Part shown: positions 1 through 9,634 of the stretch, piece after piece
Numbering within the stretch: position 1 is the stretch's first letter
Layout: each line of letters opens with the position of its first letter
Origin: a virus
Taxonomy: Duplodnaviria > Caudoviricetes
DNA length: 64,000 bases
IMG/VR virus record: IMGVR_UViG_2595698868_000001
Coordinates: 96,001 to 160,000 of that record
Strand: one strand, 5' to 3'
Position numbers and translations under genes: made by a program
The notes under the pieces: generated by a model
Told to the model about the DNA's origin: nothing
Seen by the model: the letters and a program-made list of their open reading frames with translations, nothing else
The model's database searches: none

Positions 1-2832
1 GTCCAATGGTCGGATAACGACGCTGATTGGACGACCGCCTGGGAAGTCACCGGGCAAACGGGCTGGGCGCCGGGCCAGACGCGCGAGTTTCACGCGCCGA
101 TCGACCTCTACTTCACCGATCTGGCTGACGCGCCGCAATCCTACATCGGACAGGCCGCCAAGTTGCTGCGCGTCAAGGGCGACAGCAGCGGCCTGGAATT
201 CTTCACGCTGTTCGTGCCGACGACGCTTGGCCAACTGGCAGACGTGGAAGACGCCACGGGTACGCCGCAGGACGGCTATGTCCTGACTTACAAGGATGGG
301 GTTTGGCAAGCTGAGCCGCCGGCTGGAGGCTCCGGAGGCGGTGGCGGTGCGTCCGCCTTCATCGACCTGACTGACGCTCCTTCAAGCTACGCCGGCGAGG
401 GTGGCAACGCCGTGCGGGTCAAGATGACCGAAGACGGCCTGGAGTTCTACTCCCCAGGTACGGGAGGAGGAGGCGGAGGTGGCTGGCGAGGAGGTTGGGC
501 GGCGGGAGCCGAGCAAGTCTTCATCACCTTCGATGACGGCATGCTCAATCCGGCCTTCAGCTATGACGCCAGTGGGTTCTCGGTCGTCAACCAACCGGAC
601 TCTGTGGCTGGGACGACCTACGCTCTGAAGTTCCGCCCGATCGGCAATGGAGCCTCCTGTTACTGCGAACTCCCGATCGAGGACGTGGTCAACGCCGCCA
701 ACCTCAAGGTCCGCTATAAGGTCTCCTCCGAAGGTCCGGATTATTTCCGTATCCTCCAGGACGGCTCTCAGGTTCTCCAGGACAGTGGTAACACGGGGCT
801 CTATGAGGAGTTCTCGCTGGCGACCACGGGCGATCACACCCTTCGCTTCACGTACAGCAAGGACGGCTCGCTGGCGGTCGGAGACGATACGGTCTACATT
901 TCGCAGATCACGTACTACAAGACGCTGACCAACCCCTATGTCTATGGGGACACGGTCACCTATCAGGGGGCTTACTGGTTCTGTCGGCAGGCAGGCACCA
1001 GCGAGGCGCCCGGTGATGGCGACGATTGGATCAAGCTGCCCGAGAGCTTGGCCAATCTCAAGGACATCGACTTCTCGACGCCTCCGACGTCAGGCCAAAC
1101 CCTGGTCTACGATTCGTTGACCTCCAAGTTCAAGCCGGGCGCAGCGTCGGGCGGTGGCTCTTCCACCACCTATAACATCGGCTTGCCGCCGCGCACGCGC
1201 GTCCACCGCGCGGCGGTTCAGGCGATCGCCACCGCGACCTGGACGGCCGTACAATGGGACACCGAAGCCGAGGACGCCGTCAACGCCTTCGTCAGCGGGT
1301 CCAATACGCGGATTACTGTACCGGCAGGGGTGAGTAAGGCTCGCGCCACGGCCTACGTGAATTGGGGCTCCAACATGAACGGCGCCACCATCATTGGCGC
1401 CGCCCTGCGTCGTAATGGCGTCGAGACCGGTAGCACCGGCGGGAGCCGGATCGTTGCTTCGCGTAGCGGCCAGTACGAGTCTCATCTCAATTTCACGTCG
1501 GAATGGTTCCCGGTCACGGCGGGCGATTACTACGAACTGTTCGTGCTTCAGCAGTCGGGGATCACCGCCAACCTCAACGGGCCAGTCACGAACTTCGGCG
1601 AAAACACCTATCTCCAGTTCGAATGGGATGACGGCACGCCGATCACTGCGATCGAAGCTGGTGACACCCACGGCGCGCACCAGGGTTGGCGTGTCATCCT
1701 GACCGATAGTCAGACGGGAACTTTCGCCACGATTTCGGAACTGAAGTTCTACGATCGATCTGGCGTACAGATTCCGACTACCGGTGGCAAGCTCTTCGAC
1801 ACCAATTCCTCGCCTAGCTATCCAGTTCAGCAGGCTTTCGACGGAAACACTACCACTTATTGGTCTTCGTCTCAGGTGGCGTCTTCCGGAGTCTATGGCG
1901 GGCCGGGCTACATTTTCGCCTCACCGGTCGATGTTGGCTCGATCAAGATCACCTCGACGGGTACCGATTTCAACACCACGAACTCGCCCCAGAGCTTCGT
2001 CATCCAGTACACCGATGACGGCGGAGTGTCCTGGCTAACTTACCACACTGTTTCAGGACAGACCGGATGGGGCGACCACGAGGAACGTACCTTCGTCCTG
2101 CCACTGGTTGGCGTTGCGCGCGTCGCGGGCGCTCGCATGCTCGACGAACTTCGTGATGTCACCCTGGGGACGCCGAAGAATGGCGATCTTCTGACTTACG
2201 ATAGCCTCTCTGGGGTCTGGAAGCAGAAGAGCCCGCTGGGATGGGCACCGCCTCTGGCAGCCCACTTCCCCACGGCCGTGGGTTCCGTAGCCCTGACCTT
2301 GGCGGACGACGCCGACGTGGGACTGACGATCGATTGCGGCGCTGCCGCATCGGGCGATGTTCAGCGCGGCGTCTTCAAGAGCCTCCCTACTTCGGGCGAT
2401 TGGTCGGTTACCGCCAAGATCATCGACCATCTGGCGCCGGTCTACTACAACGCCGTGGGCCTCATGCTGCGCGAATCTACGACCGGCAAGCTGGTGCTGT
2501 TGGGCTGTGAGGTCGCCGGATCGAGCTTCTCGGTGCCGATGCGACAGGTGCGTTATTCGCGCCTCCCAGGTCTCACGGGGTTCACGGCCAATGACTACGG
2601 ACGCCCCTCGCCATCCTTGCCGCAATGGTATCGCCTCTCATACACTGCTGCGACGACCACGCTCAAGGCGGAGGTCTCCTCCGATGGCAAGTTCTGGCGC
2701 ACGATCGTTTCCCAGCCCGTGACCACGGGCTTTACGACTAAGCCAGATCAGGTCGGACTTGGTTGCTCGCTGAACTACTCCGACACGCAATCGGCGATGT
2801 TCTCGGTTCCTTATTGGGCACAGAGCTTCTAA
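1..2832 (+). CDS. Modular tail fibre / receptor-binding protein with discoidin-like and lectin-like domains (5' partial)
   Basis: Frame is open from base 1 (VQWSDNDADW...). Repeated modules FxDLxDAPxSY...GLEF and LxDV...PxxGxxLxYD...W, Gly linkers, discoidin-like AFDGNTTTYWSS. Confidence 0.75.
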   Translation, partial: VQWSDNDADWTTAWEVTGQTGWAPGQTREFHAPIDLYFTDLADAPQSYIGQAAKLLRVKGDSSGLEFFTLFVPTTLGQLADVEDATGTPQDGYVLTYKDGVWQAEPPAGGSGGGGGASAFIDLTDAPSSYAGEGGNAVRVKMTEDGLEFYSPGTGGGGGGGWRGGWAAGAEQVFITFDDGMLNPAFSYDASGFSVVNQPDSVAGTTYALKFRPIGNGASCYCELPIEDVVNAANLKVRYKVSSEGPDYFRILQDGSQVLQDSGNTGLYEEFSLATTGDHTLRFTYSKDGSLAVGDDTVYISQITYYKTLTNPYVYGDTVTYQGAYWFCRQAGTSEAPGDGDDWIKLPESLANLKDIDFSTPPTSGQTLVYDSLTSKFKPGAASGGGSSTTYNIGLPPRTRVHRAAVQAIATATWTAVQWDTEAEDAVNAFVSGSNTRITVPAGVSKARATAYVNWGSNMNGATIIGAALRRNGVETGSTGGSRIVASRSGQYESHLNFTSEWFPVTAGDYYELFVLQQSGITANLNGPVTNFGENTYLQFEWDDGTPITAIEAGDTHGAHQGWRVILTDSQTGTFATISELKFYDRSGVQIPTTGGKLFDTNSSPSYPVQQAFDGNTTTYWSSSQVASSGVYGGPGYIFASPVDVGSIKITSTGTDFNTTNSPQSFVIQYTDDGGVSWLTYHTVSGQTGWGDHEERTFVLPLVGVARVAGARMLDELRDVTLGTPKNGDLLTYDSLSGVWKQKSPLGWAPPLAAHFPTAVGSVALTLADDADVGLTIDCGAAASGDVQRGVFKSLPTSGDWSVTAKIIDHLAPVYYNAVGLMLRESTTGKLVLLGCEVAGSSFSVPMRQVRYSRLPGLTGFTANDYGRPSPSLPQWYRLSYTAATTTLKAEVSSDGKFWRTIVSQPVTTGFTTKPDQVGLGCSLNYSDTQSAMFSVPYWAQSF

Positions 2833-3482
2833 TGAGCCGCTTCTGGAAGGCCCAGAAGTGGCATCCGAACAAGACCTGCTTCATCGTCGGAGGCGGTCCA
2901 AGCCTGAAGGGCATGGACCTCTCCGGCCTTGACGGGCGACTGGTCATCACCGCGAACAACGCCTACCAGTTGGTGAAGGAACCTGACACCATCTTCTTCG
3001 CGGACACGCGATGGTGGCGCTGGCACCGCGAGCGCATCGGTGAGTTCCGAGGCCGGATTGTGACGGCTGCCTCGTCACGTGATTTCGGCGACGGACGCGT
3101 CTGCCGCATGGGGCGTGATTACAGCTATACCAAGGATGAGGGACCGGCCCTATCGCGGGACCCTTCGATGCTGTGCGGCGCGGACAGCGGATACATGGCG
3201 ATCAACCTCGCCTACCACTATGGAGTCAGCCGCATCGTGCTCCTGGGCTTTGACATGGGCTTTGTAGGCGGCGAGGCCCACTGGCATCCGGACCATCCGA
3301 TCGCCACGCCAGAGTCACATTACGTGGATCGTTTTGGCCCGACCTATCCTGCCTTGGTGCAAGCGCTCAAGAAGGAGAATGTCGAGGTGCTGCGCTGCAC
3401 GCCCTCGCGATTGGATTTCATTCCCGAAGTCCCTCTGGCCGACGCACTGGCGCTTCCGGACCGATTCCACGGCCGGCTTTAG
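2832..3482 (+). CDS. Putative glycosyltransferase, Maf/DUF115-like fold
   Basis: ATG overlaps the upstream TAA; motifs CFIVGGGPSL, VITANNA, SGYMAINLAYHYGVSRIVLLGFDM. Confidence 0.6.
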   Translation: MSRFWKAQKWHPNKTCFIVGGGPSLKGMDLSGLDGRLVITANNAYQLVKEPDTIFFADTRWWRWHRERIGEFRGRIVTAASSRDFGDGRVCRMGRDYSYTKDEGPALSRDPSMLCGADSGYMAINLAYHYGVSRIVLLGFDMGFVGGEAHWHPDHPIATPESHYVDRFGPTYPALVQALKKENVEVLRCTPSRLDFIPEVPLADALALPDRFHGRL

Positions 3483-3485
3483 GGC

Positions 3486-3524
3486 GCCAGTATTCTTGAC
3501 ACGTTAACCCTCTTCGCCTTAAGA
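3486..3524 (+). promoter_or_regulatory. Sigma70-like promoter with upstream GCCAG element
   Basis: GCCAG-N5-TTGACA-N17-TTAAGA just before ATG 3532. Confidence 0.5.
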
Positions 3525-3531
3525 CCTAGGG

Positions 3532-4368
3532 ATGCCCAAGGCTTACGTCCATCTCCTGGATGCGGTTCACTACCGCCGCGATGCGTTCGTCAACGGCTTC
3601 GCGCGCCTGGGTTATATCGTAGAGCGAGGCACGCCGGCGGTTCCATTGGCGCCCGACGACGTCGTGGTGATCTGGAACAAGACACCGCGTTCGGCCCAGG
3701 CGCTGCGAATGGCGCGCAAGAACGGAGCGGCCGTCCTGGTCGCCGAAAACGGCTACTTCGGTAAGGACGTCAATGGTCACCAACCTTACGCCTTGGCGCT
3801 CGATGGGCACAACGGCTCGGGGCGCTGGTTCGCGCCTGACTCCTCGCGTCTCGATCGTTTGAGCGTTCCGTTTGAGCCCGTGCGTGCTCCGGGGATGCTG
3901 GGTAAGGTCCTGATCGCCGACCAGCGCGGTATCGGCAGTCAAAAGATGCGCTCACCGCCCAAGTTCGGCGTCCAGATGCTGGAGCGCCTGACGCATCATC
4001 AGCCGTTTCGCCAAATCGAGCTACGCGCGCATCCCGGACGTCATAAGGCCGACGTGTCGCTGGAACGCGATCTAGAGGATTGCGACGCGCTCGTGGTTTG
4101 GTCTTCGAACTGTGCAACCCTGGCCCTTCAAAAGGGCATCCCTGTCCATTACTGCGCACCAGCGATCGCGTCGGCGGGCGCTGCCAAGCCTTTCATGCCG
4201 AGCTTGCGCGCCACCTTCACCGAGGAGGAGCGCCGCGAGGCCTTTGCACGCATGGCCTGGGCGCAGTGGTTCCTCGATGAGATCGCCAGCGGCGAGGCGA
4301 TGCGCACTCTGCTCGACGTCTACGCGGGCACGCTTCCATCCGTCTCTCCGGGCATTGACCTCGCATGA
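3532..4368 (+). CDS. Capsule-synthesis-like (KpsC/KpsS-type) GT-B glycosyltransferase
   Basis: Motifs LVAENGYF, RAHP, LVVWSSNCATLALQKGIPV; paralog of the next gene. Confidence 0.5.
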   Translation: MPKAYVHLLDAVHYRRDAFVNGFARLGYIVERGTPAVPLAPDDVVVIWNKTPRSAQALRMARKNGAAVLVAENGYFGKDVNGHQPYALALDGHNGSGRWFAPDSSRLDRLSVPFEPVRAPGMLGKVLIADQRGIGSQKMRSPPKFGVQMLERLTHHQPFRQIELRAHPGRHKADVSLERDLEDCDALVVWSSNCATLALQKGIPVHYCAPAIASAGAAKPFMPSLRATFTEEERREAFARMAWAQWFLDEIASGEAMRTLLDVYAGTLPSVSPGIDLA

Positions 4369-5210
4369 TCCGACCGCCTCTCAATCCCCTTTTTCAGCCG
4401 CCGGTCTGCGTCATCCAGCGCGGTAAGCCCAAGTCCCAGATGCTCGCGGAAGCGATCGTCAAGGGTGCCCGAGGTGGCAAGATCATGGTAACGCCGCATG
4501 TCAGCGAATTGCCGGCCGGGCATATTCCGGTCGTGATCGGGGCGCATCCCACGACCATCGAGACGCTGCGCGCGCTCCACGATAACGGCCATCCCTATGT
4601 CTACGTGGATAATGGCTATTTCCATCCGTACAAGAGCGGCGGCTACTTCCGCGCCACCTGTAACGCGCTCCAGTGGGTCGATCGTTGGCCGTACGATCGC
4701 GCCGAGGCTCGCAACCGCTGGGAAAGCCATAGGCTGAAGGTCGCGCCCTGGCGGGACGAAGGCGGCCACGTGTTGATCGCTCTTCAGACGTCGACTTGGT
4801 ACCAAATGATGGGCGTCGACCAGGATGCCTGGGTGCGCGATGTCCTGGAGCGTCTCACGCCGTGGACGAAGCGCAAGATCATCGTCCGGCAGAAGCCCCT
4901 GAAGGGCATCCAGGTTCCTCCTCTAGAGGAAGAACTGAAGAACGCTTGGGCGGTGGTCGCCTACTCTTCGAATGTCATGCTCGACGCATCTCTCCAGGGC
5001 ATCGCGGTCTTTCCGCAGCGGGCGTGCGCCGCCCAGCCCCTGGGTACCGGACAGCTATCGCGAATTGAAGAACCCCGCCGGGTCTTCGATCGCGAGCGCA
5101 TCTACGAAGAACTTGCCGCCGCGCAATGGACCGTTCCCGAGATGGAATCCGGGAAGATGTGGAACGACCTGCGCTGCCAGTACCAGCCTGAATTTGGACG
5201 CCTTGCATGA
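4365..5210 (+). CDS. Capsule-synthesis-like GT-B glycosyltransferase (paralog)
   Basis: Motifs YVDNGYF, VRQKP, VVAYSSNVMLDASLQGIAVF; ATGA overlap. Confidence 0.5.
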   Translation: MIRPPLNPLFQPPVCVIQRGKPKSQMLAEAIVKGARGGKIMVTPHVSELPAGHIPVVIGAHPTTIETLRALHDNGHPYVYVDNGYFHPYKSGGYFRATCNALQWVDRWPYDRAEARNRWESHRLKVAPWRDEGGHVLIALQTSTWYQMMGVDQDAWVRDVLERLTPWTKRKIIVRQKPLKGIQVPPLEEELKNAWAVVAYSSNVMLDASLQGIAVFPQRACAAQPLGTGQLSRIEEPRRVFDRERIYEELAAAQWTVPEMESGKMWNDLRCQYQPEFGRLA

Positions 5211-5992
5211 CCCTTCACGTCTTCGTCGGCTACGACGTTCGCGAACACGCTGCCTGGATGGTGTGTCGCGACAGCCTCCTCAACCCCATCGCCTACGAGG
5301 GCGACGCGCCGTTGGATGTCCAGGTCCATCCCGTCTCGCACCGTGAACTGCGCCGCGCCGGCGTCTTCGATCGCCCCTGGCGCATCGACGAGAAGGGGCA
5401 GACCTGGGACGAGCGCGACGGCCGTCCATTCTCGACCGAGTTCAGCCACTCGCGTTTCCTGGTCCCGTCGTTGGCTCAGGCGATGGGGTTGACCGGGCAG
5501 GTCGTCTTCGTCGATTGCGATTTCATGTTCATGCACTCGGTGGTCGACATGGTCGACTCACTCGATCCGACCAAGCTGGTGTCGGTGGTCAAGCATGATT
5601 TCGAGCGGATCGCGGCCGGTACGAAGATGGACGGCATGTCGCAGAGCCGTTACTACCGCAAGCTGTGGTCGAGCCTGATGGTGTTCAATCTCGATCATGA
5701 AGACGCGCATCTCTTCCATCCGCATTACGCAAACACCTGGGATGGGTCCAGCCTTCACGGGTTCCAACCGCTGACCGATAGCGAAATCGGGGACATCCCC
5801 AGCGAGTGGAATCACATCCCAGGTCACTCCTCGGCGAACGAGGTTCCCTCAGCCATCCACTGGTCTTTCGGCGGTCCCTGGATGCCCGCGTACGAAAAGG
5901 CGGCCTGGGCTCCGCTGTGGCGCGCACGCTACGTCCAGGTGATGCAGGACGCGCTGATCGACGACATCTCCACCACTTTCCCGATCCTGTGA
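5207..5992 (+). CDS. GT-A glycosyltransferase (GT8-like)
   Basis: VFVGYD start, STEFSHSRFLVP, DxD motif VFVDCDF, WSSLMVFN, WNH, HWSFGGPW. Confidence 0.75.
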   Translation: MTLHVFVGYDVREHAAWMVCRDSLLNPIAYEGDAPLDVQVHPVSHRELRRAGVFDRPWRIDEKGQTWDERDGRPFSTEFSHSRFLVPSLAQAMGLTGQVVFVDCDFMFMHSVVDMVDSLDPTKLVSVVKHDFERIAAGTKMDGMSQSRYYRKLWSSLMVFNLDHEDAHLFHPHYANTWDGSSLHGFQPLTDSEIGDIPSEWNHIPGHSSANEVPSAIHWSFGGPWMPAYEKAAWAPLWRARYVQVMQDALIDDISTTFPIL

Positions 5993-5994
5993 CC

Positions 5995-6501
5995 ATGCTG
6001 ATCAGCACTCAATATCAAGCCCTGAACGCGCAGCTTCACTCAGACCTCGCTACCTATGGGGCCGGCGGCTGGCATTGGATTGGACCCGCGCTCTCCATGG
6101 CGCGTCTGGTCGGCACGCACACCATCCTCGACTATGGCGCTGGCAAGGGCTCGTTCGGCGCCTGGATGCCTCCGGAGTACGAGGTGGTCAACTACGATCC
6201 GGTGACCTATCCGGCGGAGCCGCCTGCCTGTGGATTGGTCGTCTGCCTGGACGTCATGGAGCACATCGAGCCCGACTGCCTGGAAGACGTCTTGCGCCAT
6301 ATCCGCTCGAAGGCCCAGCGCGCCGCCTTCTTCGTGATCTCGCTACGTCCGGCCCAGAAGACGCTGGCGGACGGCCGCAACGCTCACCTCATCGTCGAAG
6401 ATGCGCGCTTCTGGATCGGCAAGCTGCTTGAGCACTTCCGGACGACGGAAACCATCAATGTCGGTCGCGCCGACGAACTGGTCATTTTGGCTAAGGTCTG
6501 A
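5995..6501 (+). CDS. Class I SAM-dependent methyltransferase
   Basis: ILDYGAGKG motif I, VCLDVMEHI; start trimmed to the ATG after the upstream stop. Confidence 0.8.
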   Translation: MLISTQYQALNAQLHSDLATYGAGGWHWIGPALSMARLVGTHTILDYGAGKGSFGAWMPPEYEVVNYDPVTYPAEPPACGLVVCLDVMEHIEPDCLEDVLRHIRSKAQRAAFFVISLRPAQKTLADGRNAHLIVEDARFWIGKLLEHFRTTETINVGRADELVILAKV

Positions 6502-6509
6502 GTACGCGT

Positions 6510-7385
6510 ATGGGTTACGGCGACAAGCTTATGGCGATCGGAGACGCATGGGCAATGCACCAGCGCGATCCGATGAAGCGTAAGGTGGCGATCGGTGATG
6601 GTCGCAACATCGACAAGACGGACCTCAACCTGACCTGGGGACTGGAGCATTTCCTGGCGACGCAGGAAGAGGTCGACTCCGGCTACCCGATCAATTGGGT
6701 GATCAGCTACCCCGGCAACCGACCCTACATCGACTACGGCGCAGTGCGCTCGGCCCTGGTCCGACAGGGCATCCGGCTCATCAAGCCGCGCAAGATGATC
6801 GGGAAGCTGGGGCACTACATCTTCGATCTCTCCTATCGCCCGCGCCCAGCCCCGATCAAGCTGACGCCCGAGGAAGAAGCCATTGCCGAAGAGTGGGCCG
6901 CCAAGGGGCCGTTCGTGGTGATCGAGGGCTTCACCAAGGCGCGCGCCTCGCCGAACAAGCAGTGGCCCGTGGATCGGTTCCGTGAAGTCGCCCGGACGCT
7001 GAAGCGGGAAATTCCGGTCTATCAGATCGGGGCCGCCGGCACGATGCCGCTGCTGCCGAGCCTGCCGCAGATTCGACCCGAAAGCTTCCGCCAGTCCCTG
7101 GCCTATCTGAAGGCTGCGTCCCTCTACATTGGGCCTGAAGGTGGGCTTCATCACGGTTCTCGCGCGATGAACACGCGCGCAGTGGTGATCTACGGCGGGT
7201 TCACATCGCCGCTCATCACGGGCTACCCCGATCTGCACATCAACCTGACCGGGGACAACGAGGGCCGCGCCTGCGGCTCTAAGAATGAGTGCATGCACTG
7301 CACCAAGGCGCTCCAGAGCATCTCGCCTGGAGAAGTCCTGGCGCATGCTCGTCGGCAATTGGAGAAGGTCCATGCTGGACTCTAA
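6510..7385 (+). CDS. GT9-like (heptosyltransferase-type) glycosyltransferase
   Basis: MGYGDxLM start, NKQWPVDRF, YIGPEGGLHH, C-terminal CxxC and ISPGEV. Confidence 0.75.
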   Translation: MGYGDKLMAIGDAWAMHQRDPMKRKVAIGDGRNIDKTDLNLTWGLEHFLATQEEVDSGYPINWVISYPGNRPYIDYGAVRSALVRQGIRLIKPRKMIGKLGHYIFDLSYRPRPAPIKLTPEEEAIAEEWAAKGPFVVIEGFTKARASPNKQWPVDRFREVARTLKREIPVYQIGAAGTMPLLPSLPQIRPESFRQSLAYLKAASLYIGPEGGLHHGSRAMNTRAVVIYGGFTSPLITGYPDLHINLTGDNEGRACGSKNECMHCTKALQSISPGEVLAHARRQLEKVHAGL

Positions 7386-7635
7386 GCCGGGCTATCACGT
7401 CGCGGAAATCCCGAAGGGCGTCCTTGGCGAACCGTCCAAGATCGCCGAGGAACACGCCGAGTTCCAGGACGCCGTCTCGCAGGGCATCAAGATCATGGCC
7501 CTGGTCGAACTGGCGGACCTCTACGGCGCCATCAAGAAGTACCTCGAAAAGCATCACCCCGGCGTCACCTTCGACGATCTGGACGCCATGAGTTTCGTCA
7601 CCGAAAGGGCATTCATCAATGGCCGCCGCACTTAA
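7372..7635 (+). CDS. Small MazG-like helical protein
   Basis: KIAEEHAEF...ELADLYGAI acidic pattern; GGAG upstream of ATG 7372. Confidence 0.5.
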   Translation: MLDSKPGYHVAEIPKGVLGEPSKIAEEHAEFQDAVSQGIKIMALVELADLYGAIKKYLEKHHPGVTFDDLDAMSFVTERAFINGRRT

Positions 7636-8473
7636 TTGGCGGGACATTCCCGTCGCCGATTGCGAGTTCAGCGTCAAAGCTTTGAACGCGATCTGGAACG
7701 ATCACGGACCGAACGTCACCCTGGGCATGCTCGCCTCCAAGTCCGATGAGGAACTGGTGCGCTCCGCCCACATCGGTCGCAAGACCCTGAAGGAAATCCG
7801 CGCCATGATCGACGTCATCTCGCAGCAGCATCCCGGCCCGGCGCCGCAACGTCCGGTCTTCATCCCGCACGCCTCGATCGACTGGTCGCTGCTGGCGCGC
7901 GCCGTGGATTTCTATCAAGCCCATGGCTTCAAGTACGTCGAGTTGCCCTGGGCAGTCAGTCGCGAGAGCGTCGCCATCACCTGTCCCAAGCCGGAGTTCA
8001 CTGCGGAGGTCGAGGGCCTGGGCAGCCTCGTGGGATCGGCCGAGCAATCGTTTCTGCACATGGACCTCGCCGGCAAGCTCGGCAAGGGTCGCTTCTGCGC
8101 CCTGACGCCGTGTTTCCGTCTGGGCGATTACGAAGATGACCTGCACCATCCCTACTTCATGAAGGTGGAACTCTACGCCAACAATGCCGAGGGCATCTCG
8201 GTGATGATGAAGGACCAGGAGGTGGCGCCGCCCGAGGCTCGGGCCATGATGTCACTGCTGCACATGATGAGCATCGTCGGCCAGTTCAACCGTACGATCC
8301 TGGGTGACGAGGAGGTGGACAACCTTCGCGGCGTCCAGACGGCTGAGGGCTTCGATGTCGAACTGAATGGAATCGAGATCGGCAGCTATGGAGTTCGCCA
8401 GCACGGCGAACATGTCTGGGTCTATGGTACCGGCGTCGCCGAGCCGCGCTTTTCTCAAGCTCGGCGCGCCTAG
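7619..8473 (+). CDS. RNAP alpha-CTD-like domain fused to a minimal class II aminoacyl-tRNA-synthetase-like catalytic domain
   Basis: N-term FSVKALNAI...SKSDEELVRSAHIGRKTLKEI; class II motifs GFKYVELP, GSAEQ, TPCFR, FMKVELY, EIGS, GTGVAEPR. Confidence 0.65.
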   Translation: MAAALNWRDIPVADCEFSVKALNAIWNDHGPNVTLGMLASKSDEELVRSAHIGRKTLKEIRAMIDVISQQHPGPAPQRPVFIPHASIDWSLLARAVDFYQAHGFKYVELPWAVSRESVAITCPKPEFTAEVEGLGSLVGSAEQSFLHMDLAGKLGKGRFCALTPCFRLGDYEDDLHHPYFMKVELYANNAEGISVMMKDQEVAPPEARAMMSLLHMMSIVGQFNRTILGDEEVDNLRGVQTAEGFDVELNGIEIGSYGVRQHGEHVWVYGTGVAEPRFSQARRA

Positions 8474-8549
8474 CCGATTTCTTGACCGCTGTCAACAATG
8501 CTGGCAGGATGCCGTTAACCAAACTGGCATCTTGCTGAGCCTCTCTGAC

Positions 8550-9161
8550 ATGCAAATTTCCGCCGAGGGGCTGAAGATCATTCAGTCCGCCGAAAAGTTC
8601 GAGCCCAAGTTCTACTACGAGAACGCCCACATCGCCACGGTAGGCTGGGGGCACGCGCTCACGACGCCCGCCGGCCAACTGATCGACTACGACGTCTTCG
8701 GGCGGGCTAAGGCTGACCAACTGGCGCGCGAAGCCATGCAGCGCATGTTCGGAAAGCAAGAGATCACGGTCCCTGAAGCCGATGCGCTCCTGACGAAGGA
8801 CTTGGCGCGATTCGTCGCGGCCGTCAATGCGGTGGCGGACGACAAGACCTATCAGTGCGAATTCGACGCCATGGTCTCCATGGCCTTCAACATCGGCACC
8901 GCCGGCTTCGCGAGTTCGGCCGTCGCCCGCTTGCACAAGGCCGGTAACCGCAAGGTTGGTCAGGTCTCGATGAGCGCGTTGTCGGCCGCCGCGAAGAACA
9001 AGGCCTCACCGACGGACATCAAGATCGCCTTCGTGCGCTGGTCCAACGTCAACGGGGCCTATTCGTTGGGCCTTTTCCGCCGCCGCCTCGCCGAGATCAT
9101 GGTCTATGGCGGTATGAAGGCTGAAGATGCGCTGAAGACGGCTTGGAGTTTCAAGGGCTAA
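8550..9161 (+). CDS. Endolysin (GH24 lysozyme family)
   Basis: ISAEGLKII, E-x8-E-x5-T, TVGWGH, FDAMVSMAFNIG, GLFRRRLAE. Confidence 0.85.
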   Translation: MQISAEGLKIIQSAEKFEPKFYYENAHIATVGWGHALTTPAGQLIDYDVFGRAKADQLAREAMQRMFGKQEITVPEADALLTKDLARFVAAVNAVADDKTYQCEFDAMVSMAFNIGTAGFASSAVARLHKAGNRKVGQVSMSALSAAAKNKASPTDIKIAFVRWSNVNGAYSLGLFRRRLAEIMVYGGMKAEDALKTAWSFKG

Positions 9162-9634
9162 TGCAGATGCCGGCAATGCCCAACATGGCCCAGGCGCAAG
9201 GATACTTCCAGCGATTTTCTGGCTGGGTAGGGTCCACGGTCAAGACGCTCTGTGACCGTCCCGACCATCTTCAGCGCCTCGCCATCATCGGCGCCGGCAT
9301 GGTCGTCCAGTTGACCATGTGGGCCGTCATTCTCATCGTCTGGCTCGGCTACGACCGCACGCCCGAACTCCAGTCGCAGTCGCTCAACTTCATGGGTTGG
9401 GCATTGATGGGCTCCATGGCTCTTTGGGGTCTCGTCGTCGTCACGCTGCTGGGTACGATCAAGGGCCTATCGATCGCAGGTCCCGGAGGCTTCGGCATCA
9501 ACCTGCTGACCACGGCTGACGATCCGGACGTCGACCCCAGCACGCCACGCGGACATGACCATGGTGGCTGGCGCGGCGGCGGCGGAGGCGGTCCGCCGCC
9601 CGACGGTGGCAAGCAAATTCAGGTGACCGACTAG
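9161..9634 (+). CDS. Putative holin (multi-TM membrane protein)
   Basis: Two to three hydrophobic helices; lies between endolysin and spanins. Confidence 0.55.
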   Translation: MQMPAMPNMAQAQGYFQRFSGWVGSTVKTLCDRPDHLQRLAIIGAGMVVQLTMWAVILIVWLGYDRTPELQSQSLNFMGWALMGSMALWGLVVVTLLGTIKGLSIAGPGGFGINLLTTADDPDVDPSTPRGHDHGGWRGGGGGGPPPDGGKQIQVTD

